The translations under genes were made by a program, and so were the position numbers. The notes under the pieces were generated by a model that saw only the letters and a list, made by a program, of their open reading frames with translations, did no database searches and was not told the origin of the DNA. A DNA stretch of 44,204 nucleotides from a virus (lineage: Duplodnaviria; Caudoviricetes): IMG/VR virus record IMGVR_UViG_3300031460_000088, positions 1 to 44,204 of that record; one strand, 5' to 3'. Shown here piece by piece: positions 8,612 through 16,413 of this stretch (positions within the stretch are counted from its first letter, which is position 1; each line of letters begins with the position of its first letter).

Positions 8612-8895
8612 GCACCCTCGTGCCCGACGAAATCGAGCGGATCGTCGGGGCTGAGCGGCACCCGACGAGGCATCTAGGTCGTGCCGTCTCGTTAGGGCAG
8701 ACGCTCTACATTCTCCATTCCGGCGTGTGCAAGGCGTCGGGGATCGACCTGCGGCGGTGCTCATATTCCCGGGCCCTCGACATAGGGATCGACCTTGTCG
8801 CGTGGCAGGGGTGGGAGGACCGGGCAGTAGTTCTGGGGCTTGGTCGGCCGGGACTTATCCCTTTGCGTGATGCGCCGAGCGAGGGCCAGCGATGA
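8608..8895 (+). CDS. Hypothetical phage protein
   Basis: Coupled ORF; lower GC than neighbours. Confidence 0.65.
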   Translation: MSTLVPDEIERIVGAERHPTRHLGRAVSLGQTLYILHSGVCKASGIDLRRCSYSRALDIGIDLVAWQGWEDRAVVLGLGRPGLIPLRDAPSEGQR

Positions 8896-9080
8896 GTAGG
8901 TACTACGGCTACGTCCTGATCGACTTCATGGACGGGACGACGGAGCGGGTAGGTGGCAATCGAGAGCGCTTAGGTGACGGCATGCTGGTGGTCTACACCG
9001 CACGCGACTACGGGCCGGACACAGACGTCAGGCACTTCCCGCTGGCCAACATCAAGTCCTGGCGATGGGAGGGCGAGTGA
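8892..9080 (+). CDS. Hypothetical phage protein
   Basis: Coupled ORF. Confidence 0.65.
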   Translation: MSRYYGYVLIDFMDGTTERVGGNRERLGDGMLVVYTARDYGPDTDVRHFPLANIKSWRWEGE

Positions 9081-9123
9081 TGACCCACGTCGACGCCGCC
9101 CGCCTCATCCTCGGCGGCGCGTC

Positions 9124-9351
9124 GTGAGCAACTTCGTCGCGCGCTACCCGGGCGAATGCGCCGACTGCGGCGAACGGTTCGAGCAAGGCACGTGGGTCCG
9201 CTACGAGGACGACGACATCGTCCACGTCGACTGCGCACGGAAGGGCCGGCGACCGGGTGACCCGTGGCCGCTGCCCGCCGAACGCTACGGCCCGCGTGTC
9301 TGCCCGACCTGCTACCTGACGAGCTGCGACTGCCAAAGGGACGTCTCATGA
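9124..9351 (+). CDS. Small Cys-rich protein
   Basis: FVARYPGECADC..HVDC..CPTC..CDC. Confidence 0.7.
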   Translation: MSNFVARYPGECADCGERFEQGTWVRYEDDDIVHVDCARKGRRPGDPWPLPAERYGPRVCPTCYLTSCDCQRDVS

Positions 9352-9566
9352 CCGCCACCGTCCACATCACGGCCGCCATCGATGCCGCAGCCCGCGCCTG
9401 GCACGCGCGGATCCAGCACGGGCGCATGGACGCCGGCCGGTTCAAGGATGACGGGACACCGATCACCTGGGACGATCTCACCCCGCTTGAGCGGGTCGCC
9501 CTGCGAGCGCATGTATGGCCCATCGTGACCGCCGCGCTCCACGCCGTCGACCAGGCGGCGTCATGA
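9348..9566 (+). CDS. Hypothetical phage protein
   Basis: IDAAARAWH..WDDL..PIVTAAL; coupled ORF. Confidence 0.7.
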   Translation: MTATVHITAAIDAAARAWHARIQHGRMDAGRFKDDGTPITWDDLTPLERVALRAHVWPIVTAALHAVDQAAS

Positions 9567-9910
9567 GCGCCACCGACGAACTACGGCAGGCGGCGCAGAC
9601 GCTGCGTGAGCGGGCAGCCCAGGCGACAACCGGTCCCTGGACTCCCGAATACAGCAAGCCCAGTGGGCATGTGGTCCTCGACCCTGGGTCACGCAACGCC
9701 CTCGACTCGGTCGCGCGCGCCACCCACTACCGCGACTCCAGCGACGCCCGGTACATCGCGACCATGCACCCTGGCGTTGGCCTCGCGCTGGCTGACCTGT
9801 TGGAAGAGGCGCTGGCCGACTTCCGCGACATGGGCTCGTACGAGACCTGCACTTCGATCGGCAGCGCGGCGCGAGAGATCGCCCGCCTCATCAACGGCGG
9901 CGCGTCATGA
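9563..9910 (+). CDS. Ead/Ea22-like early protein
   Basis: ATTGPW..DARYIATMHP.V.LALADLL motif. Confidence 0.7.
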   Translation: MSATDELRQAAQTLRERAAQATTGPWTPEYSKPSGHVVLDPGSRNALDSVARATHYRDSSDARYIATMHPGVGLALADLLEEALADFRDMGSYETCTSIGSAAREIARLINGGAS

Positions 9911-9968
9911 CCGCCGTGTCCAGCCTCCAGATCGACTCCGCGCTCAACGGCGACGGCGGAGTGACGTC

Positions 9969-10292
9969 ATGACGCGCGCCATCAGCGCCCTCGCCGACGT
10001 CGGCTCCCAGATCGACCCCCACCTCGGGCTCGCCGTTCTCCTCGTGTGCGCCGCCCTCGGCCTCGCCTGGGTCACCGGATACCTCTGCCACACCTGCGGA
10101 CACACCTGCTCCTACGGATGCGGCCAGCCCACCGATGAGTGCGGCCAGCCCTGCCTGCGATGCGTGGTCGACGAGGCCGAGCAGGAGGCGTGGATCGCCG
10201 CGCACCCGCACCTGACCCCGGAGGAACGACTCCTCGGGGCCGTCCAACTCAGCCAGCAACAGGCACAGCGACGGCGGGAGGTGAGGTCGTGA
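9969..10292 (+). CDS. Membrane-anchored Cys-rich protein
   Basis: TM segment followed by CHTC/CSYGC/CGQPCLRC. Confidence 0.65.
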   Translation: MTRAISALADVGSQIDPHLGLAVLLVCAALGLAWVTGYLCHTCGHTCSYGCGQPTDECGQPCLRCVVDEAEQEAWIAAHPHLTPEERLLGAVQLSQQQAQRRREVRS

Positions 10293-10789
10293 GCGTCCTC
10301 GGCATCGATCCTTCCCTGACCGGGACCGGAATCGCCTACGACGGCGGCCGATGCACCATCCACACCAGCAGCGACCAGACCGACGGCGAACGCCTGGAAC
10401 GCATCTACAGCGCCGTCCTCGAACTCGCCGCCCAACCCACCCGCCTCGCCGTCGTCGAGGACCTACCCACCCACGGCATGGGCGCCGGCCGAACCGGGAT
10501 GGCGCAAGGCGTCGTCCGGCTCGCCCTGCACAACCTGCACATCCCTCTACTCACCGTCACCCCGGCGACCCTGAAGAAATACGCGACCGGCAAGGGCAAC
10601 GCCGGCAAGGGCGACATGCGGATGGCCCTCTATCAGCGGCTCGGCCTCGACCTGCGCGACGACAACCAGGTCGACGCGCTCTTCCTGCGCCACCTCGGAC
10701 TACACCTCCTCGGCGAGCCAGTCCTCGACCTGCCACAGGTGAACCTGTCCGCGCTGGTCAAGCTCGCGCTCCCACTGGCGGTGGCGTGA
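10289..10789 (+). CDS. RuvC-like Holliday junction resolvase
   Basis: VLGIDPSLTGTG, VVED, PATLKKYATGKGNAGK, DDNQVDA. Confidence 0.9.
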   Translation: MSVLGIDPSLTGTGIAYDGGRCTIHTSSDQTDGERLERIYSAVLELAAQPTRLAVVEDLPTHGMGAGRTGMAQGVVRLALHNLHIPLLTVTPATLKKYATGKGNAGKGDMRMALYQRLGLDLRDDNQVDALFLRHLGLHLLGEPVLDLPQVNLSALVKLALPLAVA

Positions 10790-11634
10790 TGCACGCCTAC
10801 GACCCCCGCTGGGCCAAGAAGTGGCGCGTCGACCGCGACCGCGGCATCCACCGCTACGTCGACGCCGCCCCCGCCAGAACCCACGTCCAGACACTCCTGG
10901 ACGGCGGCGCCTCCCGGCGGGCCGTCGCACAGAAGGCCGGTATCACCCCCACCGTCATCACCCGCCTCCTCGCCGGCCAGGCCCACCTGCGCCGGGAGAC
11001 CGTCGCCGCCATCCTCGCCGTCACCCCCGCCCACATCCTCGACCGCGACGGCCACGAGGACTTCGTCCCCGCCATCGGCGCCCGCCGCCGCATCCAAGCC
11101 CTACAAGCCATCGGGCACACCAGCACGGTCATCGCCGCACACGCCGGCCCCGGGGTCACCGCCGCGATCGTCCACAACGTCGCCAAGCATCCCGGCCAAT
11201 GGATCTCCCGCCTCAACCACGACCGGGTCGCCGTCGCCTACTCCGCCCTGTGGGACAAGCCCGGCACCAGCCTGCGCGTCAAGGCCCAGGTAGCACGCCT
11301 GGGATACGCGCCGCCCATGGCTTGGGACGACCTGGACGACCCGCACGCCCGGCCGCAGCATGACCTGTCCGACCCGGCCGAGCTTGACGTCGACGAGGTC
11401 GCAGTAGAACGCCGCGCCGCCGGCGACCACACCATCGTGCTGACCCGAGACGAGCGCCTCCTCGCCGTGCAACACCTCCACGCCACCGGCCTGAACGACC
11501 AGCAGATCACCGACCGGATCGGATACGCCGCCAGAACGGTCCTACGCGACCGGCAACACCTCGGCCTGCCCGCCAACGAGCAGACCGGCAAGCATCGCAC
11601 CAGCCATCGCACCGACGAAAGGAAGACAGCGTGA
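10789..11634 (+). CDS. Multi-HTH DNA-binding protein
   Basis: YVDAAPARTHV, GARRRIQALQAIGH, PPMAWDD, DEVAVER, C-terminal HTH. Confidence 0.75.
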   Translation: MHAYDPRWAKKWRVDRDRGIHRYVDAAPARTHVQTLLDGGASRRAVAQKAGITPTVITRLLAGQAHLRRETVAAILAVTPAHILDRDGHEDFVPAIGARRRIQALQAIGHTSTVIAAHAGPGVTAAIVHNVAKHPGQWISRLNHDRVAVAYSALWDKPGTSLRVKAQVARLGYAPPMAWDDLDDPHARPQHDLSDPAELDVDEVAVERRAAGDHTIVLTRDERLLAVQHLHATGLNDQQITDRIGYAARTVLRDRQHLGLPANEQTGKHRTSHRTDERKTA

Positions 11635-11867
11635 GCCGCCGACCAACCACGAAACCCGCCCGACCGGGCTTCGCCCTCAAGGCCGCAGACGTTCGCATCG
11701 GCCAGGACGTCCTCTACCAGCGGAGCGTCTGGTCGGTTTGGGCCGCGCATCCCGACCCCGGCCACTACTGGCTCACCCGCTGGGTAGATGGTGTCAACGA
11801 GACCACCGCAGCCAAGCTCTCCGAACTGGCCTCCCTCCACGCCGCACCCCAAGGAGCGCCTCGATGA
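11631..11867 (+). CDS. Hypothetical phage protein
   Basis: GAAAGGA SD; coupled ORF. Confidence 0.6.
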   Translation: MSRRPTTKPARPGFALKAADVRIGQDVLYQRSVWSVWAAHPDPGHYWLTRWVDGVNETTAAKLSELASLHAAPQGAPR

Positions 11868-12169
11868 GCGCCCTGCGGTTGGGTGTGGCCGTCGACGGCG
11901 CCACGCATCGGCTCATCTGCGCGGCCCGCGCCACCCAAGCCACAGAGGGCGTTCCCAAGGAGTCCGCCCGCGCCCTCGTCGCCCTCGCCCGTGGCGTTCG
12001 CCTCTACCTGGAGGCCCGCCAGGACCGGCTCGCCCGCGCCACCCTCGACGACATCGACAAGCTGATGACCGGAGCCGACGAACCCCTCCTGGTCGCCGCC
12101 TACGGCGATCTCATTCAAGGCGTCCGCAAAGCCCTCGGCTGGCCCACCTTGGCGAACAGCACTGCGTGA
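11864..12169 (+). CDS. Hypothetical phage protein
   Basis: AAGGAG SD; coupled ORF. Confidence 0.6.
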   Translation: MSALRLGVAVDGATHRLICAARATQATEGVPKESARALVALARGVRLYLEARQDRLARATLDDIDKLMTGADEPLLVAAYGDLIQGVRKALGWPTLANSTA

Positions 12170-13689
12170 CCGACCGCCCCCACCCGATTCACCTCGTCGA
12201 CGAGCCACCCGACGACGAGCAACCAACCCTGCCCAACGACGCCATCCTCGAGCGGATCGTCCTCGCCGGCTGCCTCACCTGGCGCACCGACATCGACGAC
12301 GTCACCGCGGCCATCACCCCCGCCGACCTCCACCAACCCCGGCACGAGCTGATCCTGCACGCCATCACCCACCTCTACGCCCGCGGCGACCCCGTCGACA
12401 TCGGCTCCGTCACCACCCGCCTACGCGAGCTCGGCAGCCTCAACCGAGTCGGCGGCCAGCCCTACCTGCACGAGCTCGCCACCCACGCCATCACCCCCGG
12501 CAACGCCGGCTACCACGCCCACACCCTCGCCGCCCTGGCCACCCGCCGCCGCCTCATCGCCGCCGGCAAAGCCATCGAAGCCCTCGCCTACAAGACCGCC
12601 GACGACGAGCACACCCTCCATCAGGCCGCCCTCACCTACCTCGAGGAGATCCCCCGCGGCGTCCCCGGCGTCGACGGAGACGGCCCCGCGTCCAGCTGGG
12701 CACCCGTCGACCTCGAGGACATCCTCACCGGCAACCACCAAGGCCCCGTCGCCACCGTCTGCAGACGCCGCGACGGCAAAGCCCTGCTCTACCCCGCAGC
12801 CGTCCACTCCGTCTCCGGAGAGCCCGGCTCAGGCAAGTCCTGGTACGCCCTCATCGCCTGCGCCCAGGAGCTCGCCGAAGAGCGCCCCGTGGCCTACCTC
12901 GACTTCGAGGACCGCGCCCAGTCCGCGGTCGCCCGCCTCCTCGCCCTCGGCGTCAAACCCGACCAGATCCGCCAGCACTTCCGCTACGTCCGACCCGACG
13001 TCGCCCTCGACCTGGCCGCCACCACCCACCTCGACCGCGCCGTCGCCGGCACCACCGTCGCCGTTATCGACGGCATCACCGAGGCGATGACCATGCACGG
13101 CCTGTCCCTCATGGATAACGAGGACGTCGCCCGGTGGCTCGCCCTCGTCCCCCGCCGCATCGCCGACCTCGGGCCCGCCGTCCTCCAGGTCGACCACGTC
13201 GTCAAGAACAGCGACCAGCGCGGCCGGTTCGCCATCGGCGGCCAGCACAAGCTCGCCGGCATCACCGGCGTCGCCTACAAGATGCTCACGATCAAGTCGT
13301 TCGGCAAGGGCGTGAAGGGCCACGCCAAGCTCGTCATCGACAAGGACAAGCACGGCGACGTCGGCCCCAACGGCGTCACCGCAGCCGACCTGCACCTCGA
13401 CGCCACCGACCCCGCCGGAGCCCTCTACGGCTGGCTCGACACCCCCGGACAAGACACCGGAGAGGACGGGCACTTCCGACCCACCACCCTCATGAAGCGC
13501 GTCTCCGGGCTCCTCAACGCCCAACCCGGCGCATCACTCAACGAGATCAAACTGGCTGTCCGTGGTAAAGACCAGTCGATCGCGGACGCCGTCAACGCCC
13601 TCATCCTCGAGGGCTTCGTCAGGACCGAGCCGGGACCCAACCGGGCGTCCCACCACTACCTCGACCGCCCCTTCGAGGAGGAGTCGTGA
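12166..13689 (+). CDS. Replication protein: DnaB N-terminal-like domain + RecA/AAA_25-type helicase + C-terminal winged helix
   Basis: ERIVLAG..F/LHQPRHELI..VGGQPYL; Walker A GEPGSGKS; YLDFE; VIDG; DH motif. Confidence 0.85.
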   Translation: MTDRPHPIHLVDEPPDDEQPTLPNDAILERIVLAGCLTWRTDIDDVTAAITPADLHQPRHELILHAITHLYARGDPVDIGSVTTRLRELGSLNRVGGQPYLHELATHAITPGNAGYHAHTLAALATRRRLIAAGKAIEALAYKTADDEHTLHQAALTYLEEIPRGVPGVDGDGPASSWAPVDLEDILTGNHQGPVATVCRRRDGKALLYPAAVHSVSGEPGSGKSWYALIACAQELAEERPVAYLDFEDRAQSAVARLLALGVKPDQIRQHFRYVRPDVALDLAATTHLDRAVAGTTVAVIDGITEAMTMHGLSLMDNEDVARWLALVPRRIADLGPAVLQVDHVVKNSDQRGRFAIGGQHKLAGITGVAYKMLTIKSFGKGVKGHAKLVIDKDKHGDVGPNGVTAADLHLDATDPAGALYGWLDTPGQDTGEDGHFRPTTLMKRVSGLLNAQPGASLNEIKLAVRGKDQSIADAVNALILEGFVRTEPGPNRASHHYLDRPFEEES

Positions 13690-13709
13690 TGCCCGTTGAC
13701 AGAGGTCAC

Positions 13710-13842
13710 GGTGATTCCCCGGTGGTTCCCAAGTGGTTCCTTTCCAGGTGTCCCCGAGCGGTGGTTCCCGGTGCCCTCTCCCTACGGGCACCGGAACCAC
13801 CGCGGGTGATTCCCCAGGCACCACCCGCAGCGAGGAACCACC
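13710..13842. repeat. Iteron-like GGTGGTTCCC repeats with dyad (putative replication origin)
   Basis: Direct copies at 13710, 13721, 13732, 13760, 13805; inverted GGAACCACC at 13793 and 13834. Confidence 0.6.
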
Positions 13843-13870
13843 CGACCAGAAAGAGGAGGACAAAGACCTC

Positions 13871-14608
13871 GTGAGTCTCGAGCACACCCTCGCCACGTTG
13901 CAGAAGATCATCGACCGCTGGCCCGACCTCATCACGTCACGCATCAAAGGCACCCCCCGACCGACCATCCCAGGCACCCACCTCGGCGACAGAGGCCGGG
14001 AACGGATGAACCAGCAACGACGCGACGACATCGCCAACGCCGACGACCGAGCCCCCGGCAAATCCATCGCACCCCTGCACATCGACATCCTCGACCTCAT
14101 GACCAAACTCCTCACCGACGCCCACACCCTCGCCAACCACGTCATGCAAACCACCGGCCAGCAACCGCTACCCCCGCCCATCTCCACAGCGATGAGCCCA
14201 CGGCCCTACCTGAAACGGATCATCGAGTTCCTGCCCCAGGCGTGCGCAGACGACGAGGACATGCTCGAGGCGATCACCGAGAAAGCCGACCTCATCCACG
14301 ACGAGATCCTGATGGCACTCGGTGAAGTCTTCGACGGGCAACGACTCAACGCCGTCTGCCCGTTCTGCATGGGCCAAACATCCAAACGCCTCGCCGGCGA
14401 ACTGACCATGCGCGTCCGCATCCGCGACATCGGCACCAACGAGCACCCCAACCTGGCCGAGTTCCTCGTCGTCTGCGAGAACCCCGACGGCATGTGCCAG
14501 CCGTTCGCCCGGGAGGTCGACACGTGGGTCGGCACCAACCCAGCCTGGCGTTACCCGCGGTGGCCGTGGCTGGCCAAGCAGCTGCACACGGCGCGCCGTG
14601 CCGGATGA
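13871..14608 (+). CDS. Putative late-gene regulator with C-terminal zinc ribbon
   Basis: APLHIDILD, CPFC, VCEN..C..W; last early gene before promoter and hairpin; GAGGAGG SD. Confidence 0.6.
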   Translation: MSLEHTLATLQKIIDRWPDLITSRIKGTPRPTIPGTHLGDRGRERMNQQRRDDIANADDRAPGKSIAPLHIDILDLMTKLLTDAHTLANHVMQTTGQQPLPPPISTAMSPRPYLKRIIEFLPQACADDEDMLEAITEKADLIHDEILMALGEVFDGQRLNAVCPFCMGQTSKRLAGELTMRVRIRDIGTNEHPNLAEFLVVCENPDGMCQPFAREVDTWVGTNPAWRYPRWPWLAKQLHTARRAG

Positions 14609-14609
14609 C

Positions 14610-14639
14610 TTGCGCCCGGAGTTATCCACAGGGTATGGT
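14610..14639 (+). promoter_or_regulatory. Putative late promoter with DnaA box in the spacer
   Basis: TTGCGC-N18-TATGGT; TTATCCACA at 14622-14630. Confidence 0.5.
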
Positions 14640-14649
14640 CCTGGATTGC

Positions 14650-14684
14650 GAGCCCCCATGCCCAACGGCGGGGGCTCTTGCTAT
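14650..14684 (+). terminator. Promoter-proximal hairpin (attenuator/terminator)
   Basis: GAGCCCCC/GGGGGCTC stem followed by TTGCTAT. Confidence 0.5.
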
Positions 14685-14742
14685 CCCCCGGAGGTGCGTC
14701 ATGCTGACCACGGCTGACATCGCACCCCCAAACGGAGGCTCC

Positions 14743-15075
14743 ATGAGCAAGCCCCGCATCGAGGTCTACCGCGACGCCGCCGGACAATGGCGCTATCGGG
14801 TGCTCGCCGCCAACGGCGAGACCATCGCCGCGTCCGAGGGCTACACCCGCCGCGCCGACGCGCAGCGCGGGGCCCGCGACCTCCTCCTCGCCACCGCTGA
14901 GGAGATCGGCGCCTGGGACGAGACGACGCCTCAGGCCAAGGAGCCCATGTTCGACAACGGCGGCATCGTCCCGTCCGGTGTGAACACGGTCCACAACGGC
15001 ACCGGACGGCCTGAGTACCTCACCACGAACCCGCCTCGCCGAACTCTCACGCCTGAGGGAAGGAACCTCCAATGA
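14743..15075 (+). CDS. DUF1508/YegP-like protein with C-terminal extension resembling the tape-measure C-terminus
   Basis: EVYRDAAGQWRYRVLAANGETIAASEGYTRRADAQRG; GGAGG SD. Confidence 0.85.
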   Translation: MSKPRIEVYRDAAGQWRYRVLAANGETIAASEGYTRRADAQRGARDLLLATAEEIGAWDETTPQAKEPMFDNGGIVPSGVNTVHNGTGRPEYLTTNPPRRTLTPEGRNLQ

Positions 15076-15776
15076 TCCGCTTCCGCGTCACCCTCGCCTT
15101 CTTCGCCGCCATTCTTCTAGCCCTCATCTTCCCTGCGCCCACACAGGCCAGCACTACCATGCAGGCTTCGGGTAGCTCCAGCAGCAGCTCCAGTTCCAGC
15201 TCCAGCAGCAGTAGCTCCAGCAGCTCCAGCACGCAGAACAACACCGTGTCTCAGAGCAACAGCAGCAGCAACAGCAACACCACCGTCCAGACCATCGTCC
15301 AGACACGCACCGTCACGCACCGCAAGAGGCCCGCACCGCCGACGAAGCCGACGCCCGCGCCCCCGCGCTCCACGACCGTGTTCCGGGTCGACGCCTCCCG
15401 CGCCGGCAACCTGCCCATCGGCACCAGCAACGCGGCATGGTCGACGGACACCAACGTCACCCTCGTCGCTCAGGCCTGCAGCGGATTCCGGTGCATCACC
15501 GTCCAACAGGTTTCCCAGACAGGCTGCGGTAGCAGCTCGCGGTTCATCGGGTGCGCCTTCAGATACTCAGACGGGTCGTGCACTGCGCAGGTCCTCGGCT
15601 CGTTGTCCGCGTCGCTGAAGCGCTCCGTCCTGGAACACGAGACCGGCCACTGCCTCGGTCTGGGTCACAACACGAGCGACCGCAACTCGATCATGCAGCC
15701 CGTCTTCGACTACAACCACCTTCCGCCCGGCCCGGACGCCATCGACCGCGCCAACGTGCGGGCGCTACACCGGTGA
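15072..15776 (+). CDS. Secreted matrixin/metzincin-like zinc metalloprotease
   Basis: Signal peptide (..TQA), poly-Ser linker, HETGHCLGLGH, Met-turn SIMQP. Confidence 0.85.
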   Translation: MIRFRVTLAFFAAILLALIFPAPTQASTTMQASGSSSSSSSSSSSSSSSSSSSTQNNTVSQSNSSSNSNTTVQTIVQTRTVTHRKRPAPPTKPTPAPPRSTTVFRVDASRAGNLPIGTSNAAWSTDTNVTLVAQACSGFRCITVQQVSQTGCGSSSRFIGCAFRYSDGSCTAQVLGSLSASLKRSVLEHETGHCLGLGHNTSDRNSIMQPVFDYNHLPPGPDAIDRANVRALHR

Positions 15777-15982
15777 CCCACTGGCTGATCGTGTACGACA
15801 AGCCGAAGGGTGACCTGCTGCTGCTCCAGGCCTTCGCGGACGGCCGTGAGGCCCTGCACGAACGATTCGTGCTCGAGCGCAAGCACGCGGACAACACAGA
15901 CCTGGAGATCGTGGTCCTAGGCGCTGGCACGCTGGCCGACGTGCGGCGGACTCACCAGCGGTACTTCCGTTCCATCGCATGA
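15773..15982 (+). CDS. 69-aa protein resembling the CapRel-type antitoxin/sensor domain
   Basis: HWLIVYD..G.LL...F..AL..RF.LER.H....EIVVLGA.TL.DV..THQRYF; GTGA/ATGA coupled. Confidence 0.6.
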   Translation: MTHWLIVYDKPKGDLLLLQAFADGREALHERFVLERKHADNTDLEIVVLGAGTLADVRRTHQRYFRSIA

Positions 15983-16413
15983 GCCGCCTCGCTGAGGTCG
16001 TCCGGCTCTTGCGGCTGTCAGCCTCGTATCGTGATCCCAACCTCGGCCGGGACCACATCTCGGGCCTGACCCACGCCCTGCGCGTCGGCGCCCTAGGCCT
16101 GCGCGTCAGCGACGAGCTTGGCTTCGTCGGCCTCGTCCACGACCTCGCCCGACCGCTGTCCGACGTCGGGCACGGTGAGGTCATCGCCGAGATCGTCCGC
16201 GACCGGGTGAGCGACTACGCCTACCAGCTGCTGCGCACCCACGGCGCCTACCAGACCGCGCTGCTACACGACACGCCCATACCCGACGAGCCATGGACAC
16301 ACTCCGCAGTCCAGCTCGCCGCGTTCGAGACGGCCTCGTTCGCGCCCGGGTACGCCCGACCTGAGCTGGATGTGGACCAGGCGCACGCGCTGCTCGAGAG
16401 GTGGCTGGGCTAG
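15979..16413 (+). CDS. HD-domain protein (PhnZ/MIOX-like clade)
   Basis: LTHAL, LVHDL, GHGEV, RTHG, FETASFAP ligand pattern. Confidence 0.8.
   Translation: MSRLAEVVRLLRLSASYRDPNLGRDHISGLTHALRVGALGLRVSDELGFVGLVHDLARPLSDVGHGEVIAEIVRDRVSDYAYQLLRTHGAYQTALLHDTPIPDEPWTHSAVQLAAFETASFAPGYARPELDVDQAHALLERWLG

Noticed and set aside
13733-13870. Longer N-terminus for the late regulator and ORF 13686-13874
   Set aside because: Runs through the iteron-like repeats; strong GAGGAGG SD supports GTG 13871, though a short coupled ORF cannot be excluded
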